A stretch of DNA of 64,000 nucleotides from Campylobacterota bacterium. Lineage in GTDB: Bacteria > Campylobacterota > Campylobacteria > Campylobacterales > Nitratiruptoraceae. Positions 1-8,773 of this stretch are shown one piece after another. The position numbers and the translations under genes are program-made. How positions within the stretch are numbered: position 1 is the first letter of the stretch; each line of letters starts with the position of its first letter. The stretch is from NCBI GenBank assembly GCA_015494715.1, contig WGAT01000102.1, positions 1,431-65,430 on the forward strand, in the 5' to 3' direction. The notes below the pieces were generated by a model, which searched no databases, was not told the origin of the DNA, and saw only the letters and a list, made by a program, of their open reading frames with translations.

Positions 1-2
1 CC

Positions 3-740
3 GCTTCCATCGCCATAAATTTTTCTAGCAATGAAGAGCTTTTACTCAGTGCTTTGGCCACCGGAGATAGGAAAATAGATTCCGCCATCAAAAAAACCAC
101 CCTTGGGTACCAAAGCTTTGAAAAACTGCTACAAAAAGGCTCTTTATCCAAAGAGCCAAGCCGTGAAACGCTGCCTAAAAAATCCCATCCCAAGCAGAAA
201 CTCAAAAAAGAACTACGACGCTATCGCATTCAGCACAAAGCCAAATTTACCACCCCTTTCCACCGCTTTTGGTTTCGCTATATCTATCCTTCCAAGGAGC
301 TCCTTGAAGCAAAAGAGTACGACAAAGTCGCACAATTCATTCTTGGCGACTTGGAGAATTTCGTCAGCTACACTTTTGAGGAGCTGTGTAACGAGATGCT
401 TGAAGAGCGGTTTGGGCAAAAAGGGGGCAGTTACTGGGATAGACGGGTAGAACTCGATATCCTCATCGATCTGCCAAACGGCAAAAAGGTGGTAGGGGAG
501 TGCAAATGGAAAAATAGCAAAGTCTGCAAAAAAGTTTTTACCACGCTCCAAAAAAAGAGCAGTCTCGTAGGATTTGATGTGGAATACTACGCTCTTTTTT
601 CAAAAAGCAGCTTCTCCAACGAGCTGCTCAAATCAAAACCAAAAAATCTACTACTTTTTGATCTGGAGGATTTCAAAGAGTGGAGCGAACAAGCAGTCTA
701 CAAAAAGAAAGAAAAAGTCCCCTACTCTTTTGAGTTTTAA
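3..740 (+). CDS. C-terminal part of a DUF234-type ATP-binding protein (5' end lies outside the window)
   Basis: The frame is open from position 3 to the left edge. The 'FHRFWFRYIYP' motif is typical of DUF234 ATPases. 'ELDILIDL...VVGECKWK' looks like a PD-(D/E)xK nuclease-like core. Confidence 0.55.
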   Translation, partial: ASIAINFSSNEELLLSALATGDRKIDSAIKKTTLGYQSFEKLLQKGSLSKEPSRETLPKKSHPKQKLKKELRRYRIQHKAKFTTPFHRFWFRYIYPSKELLEAKEYDKVAQFILGDLENFVSYTFEELCNEMLEERFGQKGGSYWDRRVELDILIDLPNGKKVVGECKWKNSKVCKKVFTTLQKKSSLVGFDVEYYALFSKSSFSNELLKSKPKNLLLFDLEDFKEWSEQAVYKKKEKVPYSFEF

Positions 741-799
741 ATAGTTTGCCCAACATACTTGAACCAAACAGATCAAAAAATATGGGCGATCGTCTCCCC

Positions 800-3700
800 T
801 TAGGCTACTTTAATCCCCAACCCCTCCGCCTCCTTGGCAAAATCCTCATTGACATAAACTTGCGACTCTATCTCCACCTCTTGCAGTTTCGATACGATGA
901 TAAGTTTTAAAGGCTTCCTCCCCGGATGCTTTAATGCAAGATGATATAGCTCCTCAAGACGCTCCATTTCATAACTAAGGTCTAGTTTGATAACCAGCGG
1001 TTCTTCATAGTGCTCTTGAAGAATAGTCTGTATATTTCTCTTTTTGGCCTCTTCCAAGCTCATAATCTCATCACACCTAATACGGGTAAATGAGTCGTTT
1101 TTACTCACATAGACCCGAAAGGCTACCGGCTTTTCCAAATCCATACGCTCCAGCTCTTCTAATTTGTCGCTAAAGAGCATCATCTCGATATTGCCGTGCA
1201 AGTCCATAATGTCGACAATACCAAACTTATTGCCTTTGGCGCTGATCTTTGTTTTGATCTCTTCCACTTTACCTACAAAAAGGGCCTCGGAAGAGTCGGC
1301 AATATTATCTAAATCGCTTGAGAGCGTATAGTTTATCTGCGCTAGCTCCTGACGATACAGATCGAGTGGATGACCGGAGACATAAAATCCCAAAGTCTCC
1401 TTTTCAAACTCCAATATCTGCTTGATATCGTATTCGCCAACATCATCAAGCTTCACCTTGATATCGATAAGCTCCTCACTATCGCCAAACAAGGAGTTCT
1501 CGGCCATTTTTCTGGCTCTTGCGATCTCATGGGAGGCGTTGGCTATTTTTTCGATATTGAGCAGTAGTGTCTTTCTGCTATAGCCAAAGGAGTCCATAGC
1601 TCCCGATTTGATCAAGGCTTCGATCACTTTTTTGTTGACTTTGTTGGGATCGATCCTTTGTAAAAAGTCGTCTAGATGCTCAAAGGCCCTATTCCCCCGC
1701 GCTTGCAAAATACTCTCCACCGCCGAGCGTCCTACCCCCTTGATAGCTCCAAGTCCAAAGAGGATCACATCCTCCCCATCGATCGTCGTAGCACTAAATT
1801 CTAGGATCGATCGATTGATATCGGGTGGCAAGAGCTTGATCCCCAGCCGCTTCACCTCATCCACATATTTAACGATTTTGTCGGTATTATCCTGTTCGCT
1901 CGTAAGCAAAGCCGCCATGAACTCTTGGGGATAGTAGGCTTTGAGATAGGCGGTCTGAAAAGTGATCATCGCATAGGCTGCCGAGTGGGATTTATTGAAT
2001 CCATAGCCCGCAAACTTTTCTATCAACTCAAAAAGTACCTCACTTTTCTTGGCGTCAAACCCCCGCTCACTGGCTCGGCGCACAAATTCTCGCTTATACT
2101 CCTCCATCAATTCGCGCTTCTTCTTCCCCATCGCCCGACGGATGATATCGGCTTCACCGAGGCTAAAGCCTCCGATAGTCTGCACGATCTGCATCACCTG
2201 CTCTTGATAGACGATCATCCCATAAGTAGGCTCAAGCGCATCTTTAAGCTCCTCAAAACTCACCTCTTCAAATGGATAGTAGACCTGCTTTCGCCCATGC
2301 TTTCGCTCGATAAAGTCATCGAGCATCCCAGACTCCATAGGACCCGGACGATACAGAGCCAGTACCGCAATGATATCCTCGAAAGTAGTAGGCTTGAGTC
2401 TAGCGTTAAGACGCTGCATTCCAGCCGATTCGATCTGGAACAATCCCAAAGTGTGGCCGCTTTGGATTAGATCATAGACCTTTTTGTCGTTGATATCCAC
2501 CTCGTTCCAATCGATCTTTTTGCCATAGCGCTGCTGTACCAGTTTCAAAGCGTTGTCGATGACGGTGAGGGTCTTGAGACCCAAAAAGTCGAACTTGATC
2601 AGATCCACATCCTCAAGGAAGTTGAGCGAATACTGGGTGACGATAGTATCTTCACCGCTTGGTTTGTAGAGTGGTGTCTTGTGCCATAGCTCCTCGTTGC
2701 TTATCACCACGCCAGCAGCGTGCATCCCGGCGTTTCGTTTGAGGCCCTCCAGTGCCAGAGCGAAGCGCCACAGCCGTTCAAATTTTGGATCGGACTCGAT
2801 CATCTCCTTGATCTTTGGCTCTTGTTCGTAGGCCTCTTTGAGGGTGATGCCAAGCTTGTCCGGAATGAGCTTGGCCATTCTATCCCCATCGGCGTAGCTG
2901 AGCCCTAACACTCTTGCTACATCTCTTATGACACCTTTGGCCAAAAGCGTACCGAAGGTGATCACTTGCGCCACGTTGTAGCGTCCATACTTTTGGACCA
3001 CATAGTCGATGATCTCTCCTCGCCTCTCTTGGCAAAAGTCCATATCGATATCTGGCATGCTTACCCGCTCGGGATTCAAAAACCTCTCAAAAAGCAGATT
3101 GTACTTGAGCGGATCGATGTCGGTGATCCCCATAGCGTAGGCCACGAGACTGCCCGCCGCACTTCCCCTACCCGGCCCTACTGGGATGCCACGCTTCTTG
3201 GCTTCGCGCACGAAGTCCCATACGATGATCATATAGCCCGGGAATTTCATGCGGTTGATGATATCGATCTCGTGCCGCAGTCGCTCCCAATATTTCTCAT
3301 GCTCCTCTTTGGGCACATATTGTAGACGCTCTTTGAGTCCCTCTTTGCATATTTGCTCAAAAAGGCGCTCATCGTTTTCGAAGCTGTAACGCTCGCCGCT
3401 GGGCAGCTTTATATCTCGCTCTTTTGCGTATTCGAGGGTGAATTTGAAATTTGGCGGTGTGGGGTTGCCAAGATTGAGCTCGAGATTGCACTTATCCACG
3501 ATCTCTTGAGTATTTTCCAGAGCTTCCGGGATATCGGCGTAAAGCCTTGCGATCTCTTCGGGGGATTTGAGATAAAATTCATGCACGCTGTGACGCAGTC
3601 TGTTGGGATCGTCGTAGAGTTTGTTCATAGCGATACACATAAAGGCCTCGTGTGGCTCTGCATCCTTTTTTTCAAGATAGTGGGTATCGTTGGTAGCCAC

Positions 3701-4324
3701 TATTTTTATGCCAGTCTCTAGGCTTAGGCGGATGATCTGCTCATCGATAGCATACTGATCCTCGATACCATGACGCATCAACTCCAGATAAAAATCCTCC
3801 CCAAAAACCTCCTTGTACCACGAAGCGATCCTTTTGGCCTCTTCGTAGCCCTTGGCGCCAAATTTGAGATTTTTTTTATTGGTATTGAGATGCCAATTGA
3901 CCTCCCCTTGCAAACAAGCACTGGTGCATATGAGCCCCTCGGAGTGCTCAGCCAATAGCTTTTTGTTGATTCTTGGATAGTAGTAAAAGCCTTTGATATA
4001 GCTCATGGAGCTTAGATACATCAGATTTTTGTAGCCGATCTCGTTTTTGGCAAAGAGGCAGAGGTGAAAGCGCTGACGAGTGGACTTGTCGCCAAGCTCC
4101 TCGGAGTTGTGCAGATAGGCCTCCATCCCGATTATTGGTTTGAGCCCCTCGGCTTTCATCGTCTTGTAAAAGTCAATCGCTCCAAACATATTGCCGTGAT
4201 CCGTCATCGCCACGGCACTCATGCCAAGCTCTTTGGCCTTTTTGGCCAGAGCTTTTATCTTGTTGGCGCCGTCTAGCAGCGAATATTCGGTATGCAGGTG
4301 CAAGTGGGTAAATTGTGGCTTCAT
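800..4324 (-). CDS. dnaE: DNA polymerase III alpha subunit
   Basis: 1174 aa. N-terminal PHP domain 'HLHLHTEYSLLDGA'. Polymerase core 'PDIDMDF', and 'FNKSHSAAYA' in the fingers/HhH region. Confidence 0.97.
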   Translation of the reverse strand: MKPQFTHLHLHTEYSLLDGANKIKALAKKAKELGMSAVAMTDHGNMFGAIDFYKTMKAEGLKPIIGMEAYLHNSEELGDKSTRQRFHLCLFAKNEIGYKNLMYLSSMSYIKGFYYYPRINKKLLAEHSEGLICTSACLQGEVNWHLNTNKKNLKFGAKGYEEAKRIASWYKEVFGEDFYLELMRHGIEDQYAIDEQIIRLSLETGIKIVATNDTHYLEKKDAEPHEAFMCIAMNKLYDDPNRLRHSVHEFYLKSPEEIARLYADIPEALENTQEIVDKCNLELNLGNPTPPNFKFTLEYAKERDIKLPSGERYSFENDERLFEQICKEGLKERLQYVPKEEHEKYWERLRHEIDIINRMKFPGYMIIVWDFVREAKKRGIPVGPGRGSAAGSLVAYAMGITDIDPLKYNLLFERFLNPERVSMPDIDMDFCQERRGEIIDYVVQKYGRYNVAQVITFGTLLAKGVIRDVARVLGLSYADGDRMAKLIPDKLGITLKEAYEQEPKIKEMIESDPKFERLWRFALALEGLKRNAGMHAAGVVISNEELWHKTPLYKPSGEDTIVTQYSLNFLEDVDLIKFDFLGLKTLTVIDNALKLVQQRYGKKIDWNEVDINDKKVYDLIQSGHTLGLFQIESAGMQRLNARLKPTTFEDIIAVLALYRPGPMESGMLDDFIERKHGRKQVYYPFEEVSFEELKDALEPTYGMIVYQEQVMQIVQTIGGFSLGEADIIRRAMGKKKRELMEEYKREFVRRASERGFDAKKSEVLFELIEKFAGYGFNKSHSAAYAMITFQTAYLKAYYPQEFMAALLTSEQDNTDKIVKYVDEVKRLGIKLLPPDINRSILEFSATTIDGEDVILFGLGAIKGVGRSAVESILQARGNRAFEHLDDFLQRIDPNKVNKKVIEALIKSGAMDSFGYSRKTLLLNIEKIANASHEIARARKMAENSLFGDSEELIDIKVKLDDVGEYDIKQILEFEKETLGFYVSGHPLDLYRQELAQINYTLSSDLDNIADSSEALFVGKVEEIKTKISAKGNKFGIVDIMDLHGNIEMMLFSDKLEELERMDLEKPVAFRVYVSKNDSFTRIRCDEIMSLEEAKKRNIQTILQEHYEEPLVIKLDLSYEMERLEELYHLALKHPGRKPLKLIIVSKLQEVEIESQVYVNEDFAKEAEGLGIKVA

Positions 4325-4380
4325 CCAATCTCCAAGGAGTTTTTGTTACTATTATAGAAAAATTTAACTAAAGAGGGGCT

Positions 4381-4899
4381 ATGAAAAACATTGTACTCAT
4401 AGGCTTTATGGGCGTAGGCAAAGGTACGCTTGCTCGCGCAATTGCAAAAAGAAGCGATATCTACGCCGTGGATACGGACGATCTGATAGAGAGTCTTACC
4501 AATAAAAAAATCAAAAAGATATTTGCTCAAAAAGGGGAAAAATACTTTCGTCAATTAGAGCAGCGTACGGCTGACTGGCTTGCCCAAAATGTCCAAAACT
4601 CCGTCATCTCCACGGGTGGCGGCTTTTATAAGGTCAAAAATCTTAAAGATATTGGTACTATCGTCTACCTCAAAGCCGATTTTGACTGGATATATGACCG
4701 CATCACCAAAAGCAAAAACGCCAAGAAAAAGATCAAAAAACGACCACTTTTCAAATCCTATAAAGCGGCCAAGAAGCTTTATGAAGAGCGGGCCCCCCAA
4801 TACGAAGCCGTAGCCGATCTTATCATCGACGTCCAGGATAAAAGCACCAAAGAGCTGGTAGAAGAGGTGCTCGCTAAGACTTTGCAATCTTCGTCATGA
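4381..4899 (+). CDS. aroK: Shikimate kinase
   Basis: 172 aa. Walker A 'GFMGVGKGT', 'DTDDLIE', and 'ISTGGG' shikimate-binding motif. Confidence 0.9.
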   Translation: MKNIVLIGFMGVGKGTLARAIAKRSDIYAVDTDDLIESLTNKKIKKIFAQKGEKYFRQLEQRTADWLAQNVQNSVISTGGGFYKVKNLKDIGTIVYLKADFDWIYDRITKSKNAKKKIKKRPLFKSYKAAKKLYEERAPQYEAVADLIIDVQDKSTKELVEEVLAKTLQSSS

Positions 4900-5767
4900 A
4901 AAAGCCGCTATAGGCCCCCTTGGGCAAGATGCGAAGCCCTTTGGATACACGAGGATCGAAATGCTTATCTTCCCACTGGGTAATGCCAGCCATTTTATTC
5001 TCAAAAGGCGCATCGATTTCTTTGATCTGGGCCTCTGGATAGTGCTGGAGCAAAAAGTCGATGACCGCCTCGTTTTCTTCAGGTGCAAAAGTGCAAGTAG
5101 CATAGATCATCTCACCTCCAGGTTTTAGGCTCTGGTAGGCGCTGAGGATCAGCTCCTTTTGCAGCTTTGAAAACTTCCGCACCCGCCGCATATTCCACCA
5201 GGTCACCTCTCCGTCGATATGGGCTTCGGAACTGCAAGGCGCGTCCAAAAAGACCTTGTCGAACCACCCGGGACATGTTTTGTAGATGAATCTGCCATCT
5301 TTGTTGTAGGTCTGGATATTTTTGGCTCCGTGCTCTTTGAAGTTTCTTTTCATTCTAAAAAATCGCTGGCGATCTGGCTCCACGGCACTCACCTTGTGGG
5401 CTCGCTCGCTAAAAATCAAGCTCTTGCCGCCCGGAGCCGCCGCAAGATCGAGTACCCAATCCCTTGGCTCGATATCCAAAGAGTAAGCAGAAAAGATCGA
5501 GGAGAGATTTTGGATGTAGATCTGGTTTTGGGTATATGGGCTAGAGGTGACGATACGCTTGCGCTCACTCATAGGCAGTGTAAAGACATCTTCGGCCCAC
5601 GCCACCTTTTTGGGCTCAAATCCCTCTTTTTGCAGCTGCTCCACCACCTCCTTGGTTTGGCCTCTATGGTGATTGATGCGAAAGCTAAACTCCTCTTTGT
5701 TTTTGAGCCCCTCCAAAATTTTAGGCTCTATTCTTTTGATCCGCTCTTCAAACAGCTCTTGGCTCAT
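4874..5767 (-). CDS. SAM-dependent RNA cytosine-C5 methyltransferase (NOL1/NOP2/Sun, RsmB/RsmF-like)
   Basis: Motifs 'LDLAAAPGGKS', 'LDAPCSSEA' and 'ATCTFAPEENE'. I chose the start at the internal ATG (MSQELFEE...), because the 45-codon upstream extension would run through the divergent promoter. Confidence 0.8.
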   Translation of the reverse strand: MSQELFEERIKRIEPKILEGLKNKEEFSFRINHHRGQTKEVVEQLQKEGFEPKKVAWAEDVFTLPMSERKRIVTSSPYTQNQIYIQNLSSIFSAYSLDIEPRDWVLDLAAAPGGKSLIFSERAHKVSAVEPDRQRFFRMKRNFKEHGAKNIQTYNKDGRFIYKTCPGWFDKVFLDAPCSSEAHIDGEVTWWNMRRVRKFSKLQKELILSAYQSLKPGGEMIYATCTFAPEENEAVIDFLLQHYPEAQIKEIDAPFENKMAGITQWEDKHFDPRVSKGLRILPKGAYSGFFMTKIAKS

Positions 5768-5780
5768 TGTGACTCTTTTT

Positions 5781-5796
5781 TGGTACAATTGTACCA
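5781..5796. promoter_or_regulatory. Perfect 16-bp palindrome forming face-to-face TGnTACAAT boxes in a 31-bp divergent intergenic region
   Basis: TGGTACAATTGTACCA is its own reverse complement. Each strand presents an extended -10-like TGgTACAAT. Confidence 0.5.
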
Positions 5797-5798
5797 CA

Positions 5799-6599
5799 AT
5801 GGAGTACTTTATCACCGATTTGGATAAAACGTTTTTACGCAGTGATCTCACCCTCAGCCCTTTTAGCAAAAAGGTGTGGAACGGCTTCGATAAGCCTCGC
5901 ACAATCGCTACGGCAAGAAGCTATACGGGAGCCACCAAGCTACTCAAAGGGCTACATTTGACTCGTCCTATGATCGTACTCGATGGAGCGATGATCACCT
6001 CGCCCGATGGAGAGATCTTGCACATTAACGCTTTGGACAAAGAGCCAGTGGATCACTGTATCGATGTGGTGGAGCGAGAGTTTGACGAAAGACCCCTCAT
6101 CGTGGGACTCGAGGGCACAAGCGAGCGATTTTTGTACCCCAAAAAGCTCAATATCTACCAAAAAGAGTTGCTGCAAAACTATAAAAACGACAAAAGAGTT
6201 CTAGGCATCGAAAAGCTTCGAGGTCTGGAGAAAAATCTCAAAGTGGTCTACCTTGGCCCAAAAGAGAAGCTCCAAACCATCGAAAAAAGAGTCAAAGAGC
6301 TTTGTGATGTGGAGAGCAAACTCTCAAAAGACCCCTATCAAAACTGCCATTTTTTGACCTTTTTGCATCCTCTAGGCGACAAAGCCCACGCTTTAAAAAG
6401 ACTCGAAGCGATCGAGGGCATCTTGGCCAAAGATGTGACGGTATTTGGCGATAGTCTCAACGATATTGGAATGTTTACATATGCCGGGAGAAGCGTGGCG
6501 GTAGCCAATGCCTTACCAGAAGTGAAAGAAAGAGCCGATATCGTACTATCAAGGAGCAACGATGAAGATGGAGTCGCCCACTACCTCGCCAACCTTTAG
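5799..6599 (+). CDS. HAD-IIB (Cof-type) phosphatase
   Basis: Motif I 'FITDLDKTFL' sits right after the ATG at 5799. Motif III is 'VFGDSLNDIGMF'. The ORF-track start at 5673 is an upstream extension without homology signals. Confidence 0.8.
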   Translation: MEYFITDLDKTFLRSDLTLSPFSKKVWNGFDKPRTIATARSYTGATKLLKGLHLTRPMIVLDGAMITSPDGEILHINALDKEPVDHCIDVVEREFDERPLIVGLEGTSERFLYPKKLNIYQKELLQNYKNDKRVLGIEKLRGLEKNLKVVYLGPKEKLQTIEKRVKELCDVESKLSKDPYQNCHFLTFLHPLGDKAHALKRLEAIEGILAKDVTVFGDSLNDIGMFTYAGRSVAVANALPEVKERADIVLSRSNDEDGVAHYLANL

Positions 6600-7413
6600 C
6601 GTCATTATCCCTACCTACAACAGAGCCGCTACTCTGCCACGAGCCATCGAATCGGTACTGGCACAAAGTTTTAAAGATTACGAGCTCATCGTAGTGGATG
6701 ACGGCTCCAGTGACGAGACGGCAAAGATATTGGAGCGCTATCCCATTCGGGTGATCCGTCAGCCAAACAGAGGCGTCAGTGCGGCGAGAAATCGAGGCAT
6801 TAAAGCAGCTCAGGGCAAGATTGTCGCTTTTTTAGATAGTGATGATGAATGGAAAAAAGAGAAGCTACAAAACCAATACGATTTTTTCAAGGCCAATCCT
6901 GAGTACAAAATCCATCAAACGGAAGAGATCTGGATCAAAAATGGCAAATTTTTGAACAAAAAGAAAAAACATCAAAAAAAGAGCGGCGATATCTTTTATG
7001 ACTCCTTGCATCTTTGCCTCATCTCCCCCTCGGCGGTAGCTATCAAAAAAGAGCTCTTTGAAGAGGTAGGACTTTTTCGAGAGGATTTTGAGGTGTGTGA
7101 GGATTATGAGCTGTGGCTGCGTATTACACGAAAACATAAAGTGGGCTACTCCCCAGAGCCTCTTGTAGTCAAATATGGAGGCCATGCCGATCAGCTCAGC
7201 CATAAATTTTTCGGGATGGATCGGTGGCGAATTAAAGCTATGCTCCCGTTTATCAACGATCCAAAAGTTTTGGAAGTAGCTTTGAAAAAGTGCACAATTT
7301 TGCTCAAAGGAGCAAGAAAGCATAACAATAAAGAGATTATCGAAGAGTTTGAGCCAACCTTAACTCAACTCGCGCAAAAAGAGGGATCTTTGCGCGAGTA
7401 CAATCAACAGTAA
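6562..7413 (+). CDS. Family 2 glycosyltransferase
   Basis: Motifs 'FSVIIPTYNRAATLPRAIESVLAQSFKDYELIVVDDGSSDET', DXD 'AFLDSDDEW' and 'CEDYELWLR'. It overlaps the HAD gene by 38 nt. Confidence 0.85.
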   Translation: MKMESPTTSPTFSVIIPTYNRAATLPRAIESVLAQSFKDYELIVVDDGSSDETAKILERYPIRVIRQPNRGVSAARNRGIKAAQGKIVAFLDSDDEWKKEKLQNQYDFFKANPEYKIHQTEEIWIKNGKFLNKKKKHQKKSGDIFYDSLHLCLISPSAVAIKKELFEEVGLFREDFEVCEDYELWLRITRKHKVGYSPEPLVVKYGGHADQLSHKFFGMDRWRIKAMLPFINDPKVLEVALKKCTILLKGARKHNNKEIIEEFEPTLTQLAQKEGSLREYNQQ

Positions 7414-7961
7414 TCCGCCAACAAAGCTTTTTTAAGCTCTTGATACTTCTCCTCACCATTTAAAAGCCGTACAAGCTCCAATGCAAAACAAATAGCGGTA
7501 CCCGGACCTCTGGATGTGACCACATTGCCGTCGATCACCACCTTTTGGTCAGGCACATACCCATCCACGCCGGTTTTCTCCTCAAAACCGGGATAGTTGG
7601 TGTGCTTTTTGCCATCGAGTACGCCAGCCTCTTTCAAAGCCCACGGAGCGGCACAGATAGCTCCTACATATTTGCCACTCTCATTCATTCGGCGAATATA
7701 CTCTTGCACTAGCTCACTTTTGGCCAAATGCTCCGCTCCGGGAAGTCCACCGGGTAACACCATAAGATCAAAATCTTCCGGATCCACATCTTTGAGCAGG
7801 GTATGGACTAAGACTTTGAGCCCGGTATTAGCCCCTTCTACCTCATTATCAAATAGACCCGCCACTGTGACATTATTGCCCGCACGAGCCAATACATCAA
7901 TGATAGACATCGCTTCGATCTCTTCAAACCCATCGGCCAATGGTACAAGTACGTTTGCCAT
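7404..7961 (-). CDS. DJ-1/PfpI (ThiJ/YajL) family protein
   Basis: 185 aa. Nucleophile elbow 'GAICAAPWAL', and 'LPGGLPGAEHL'. Confidence 0.85.
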   Translation of the reverse strand: MANVLVPLADGFEEIEAMSIIDVLARAGNNVTVAGLFDNEVEGANTGLKVLVHTLLKDVDPEDFDLMVLPGGLPGAEHLAKSELVQEYIRRMNESGKYVGAICAAPWALKEAGVLDGKKHTNYPGFEEKTGVDGYVPDQKVVIDGNVVTSRGPGTAICFALELVRLLNGEEKYQELKKALLADYC

Positions 7962-7971
7962 GGCTTACCTC

Positions 7972-8538
7972 CTATTTTACTTTTTCGAGATATTTACCCT
8001 CGATCGTATCCACTTTGACCACATCGCCGGTAAGAATATGAAAAGGCACCTGGATGACGGCACCAGTCTCCAAAGTAGCGGGCTTTCGACCACCCGTGGC
8101 CGTATCGCCTTTGAATGCCGGAGCAGTCTCTACGATCTCTAGCTCCACCACTGGTGGGATCTCCACAGAGATTGGTTTGCCGTTATGAAAAAGGATGTCC
8201 ACGGTCATCCCCTCTTTTAAAAACTTGATATTCTCCTCACCCACCTGCTCGTGAGAAAGCGCGATCTGATCATAGCTGGTCGTATCCATAAAGTGCATGC
8301 TCTCACCATCGTCGTAGAGATACTGCATAGTGGTTTGCTCTAGATCGGGCTTACCGGCTTTGTCGCCAGCGTGGAAAGTTTTTTCAAGTACACGTCCATC
8401 TACCAGACTTTTAATCTTGGTGCGCACGTATGCAGCCCCTTTACCGGGTTTGACGTGCTGATACTCCACGATTCTATAAGGCACTCCGCCAAGCTCGATA
8501 CGAAGCCCCTTTTTTAAATCGTTCATACTATATGACAT
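7972..8538 (-). CDS. efp: Translation elongation factor P
   Basis: 188 aa. '[20 protein letters not shown]' contains the conserved KPGKG loop. Confidence 0.95.
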   Translation of the reverse strand: MSYSMNDLKKGLRIELGGVPYRIVEYQHVKPGKGAAYVRTKIKSLVDGRVLEKTFHAGDKAGKPDLEQTTMQYLYDDGESMHFMDTTSYDQIALSHEQVGEENIKFLKEGMTVDILFHNGKPISVEIPPVVELEIVETAPAFKGDTATGGRKPATLETGAVIQVPFHILTGDVVKVDTIEGKYLEKVK

Positions 8539-8572
8539 TGCAGCTCCTTCGTTTTTGCAATTATACCAAACC

Positions 8573-8773
8573 CTACCGAAAGAATCGAAAAAAGATGTAA
8601 AAAAGCAAAGAGGCCACCACGCTCAAAAGAATTGAGGTGGTGATGGGAAAATAGAAGACAAAATTGTCCCTTTTAATATAGATATCTCCGGGAAGTCGAC
8701 CCACATAGTGGATAAAAAATCCAAAGACGATGAGCGTCATTCCCAAAAATATTAAAATCTTCCCAAAATCCAT
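8573..8773 (-). CDS. DUF2905 family small membrane protein
   Basis: 66 aa with two hydrophobic helices flanking '[20 protein letters not shown]'. Its ATG overlaps the TAA of the upstream RND gene (TAATG at 8771-8775). Confidence 0.7.
   Translation of the reverse strand: MDFGKILIFLGMTLIVFGFFIHYVGRLPGDIYIKRDNFVFYFPITTSILLSVVASLLFYIFFRFFR

Noticed and set aside
5673-5902. N-terminal extensions of several ORF-track calls: 5673-5798 (HAD), 5768-5902 (methyltransferase), 56480-56563 (flgD), 25784-25816 (pilin) and 44261-44275 (GT2-TPR)
   Set aside because: In each case an internal start gives the canonical family N-terminus and removes an implausible overlap with a promoter or a neighbouring gene. 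The extensions have no homology-like features.
7597-8142. A 181-aa ORF spanning the DJ-1 and efp genes on the opposite strand
   Set aside because: It crosses an intergenic region and two confidently assigned genes. Its composition (Ser/Thr/Pro/Ala-rich) is typical of antisense frames.
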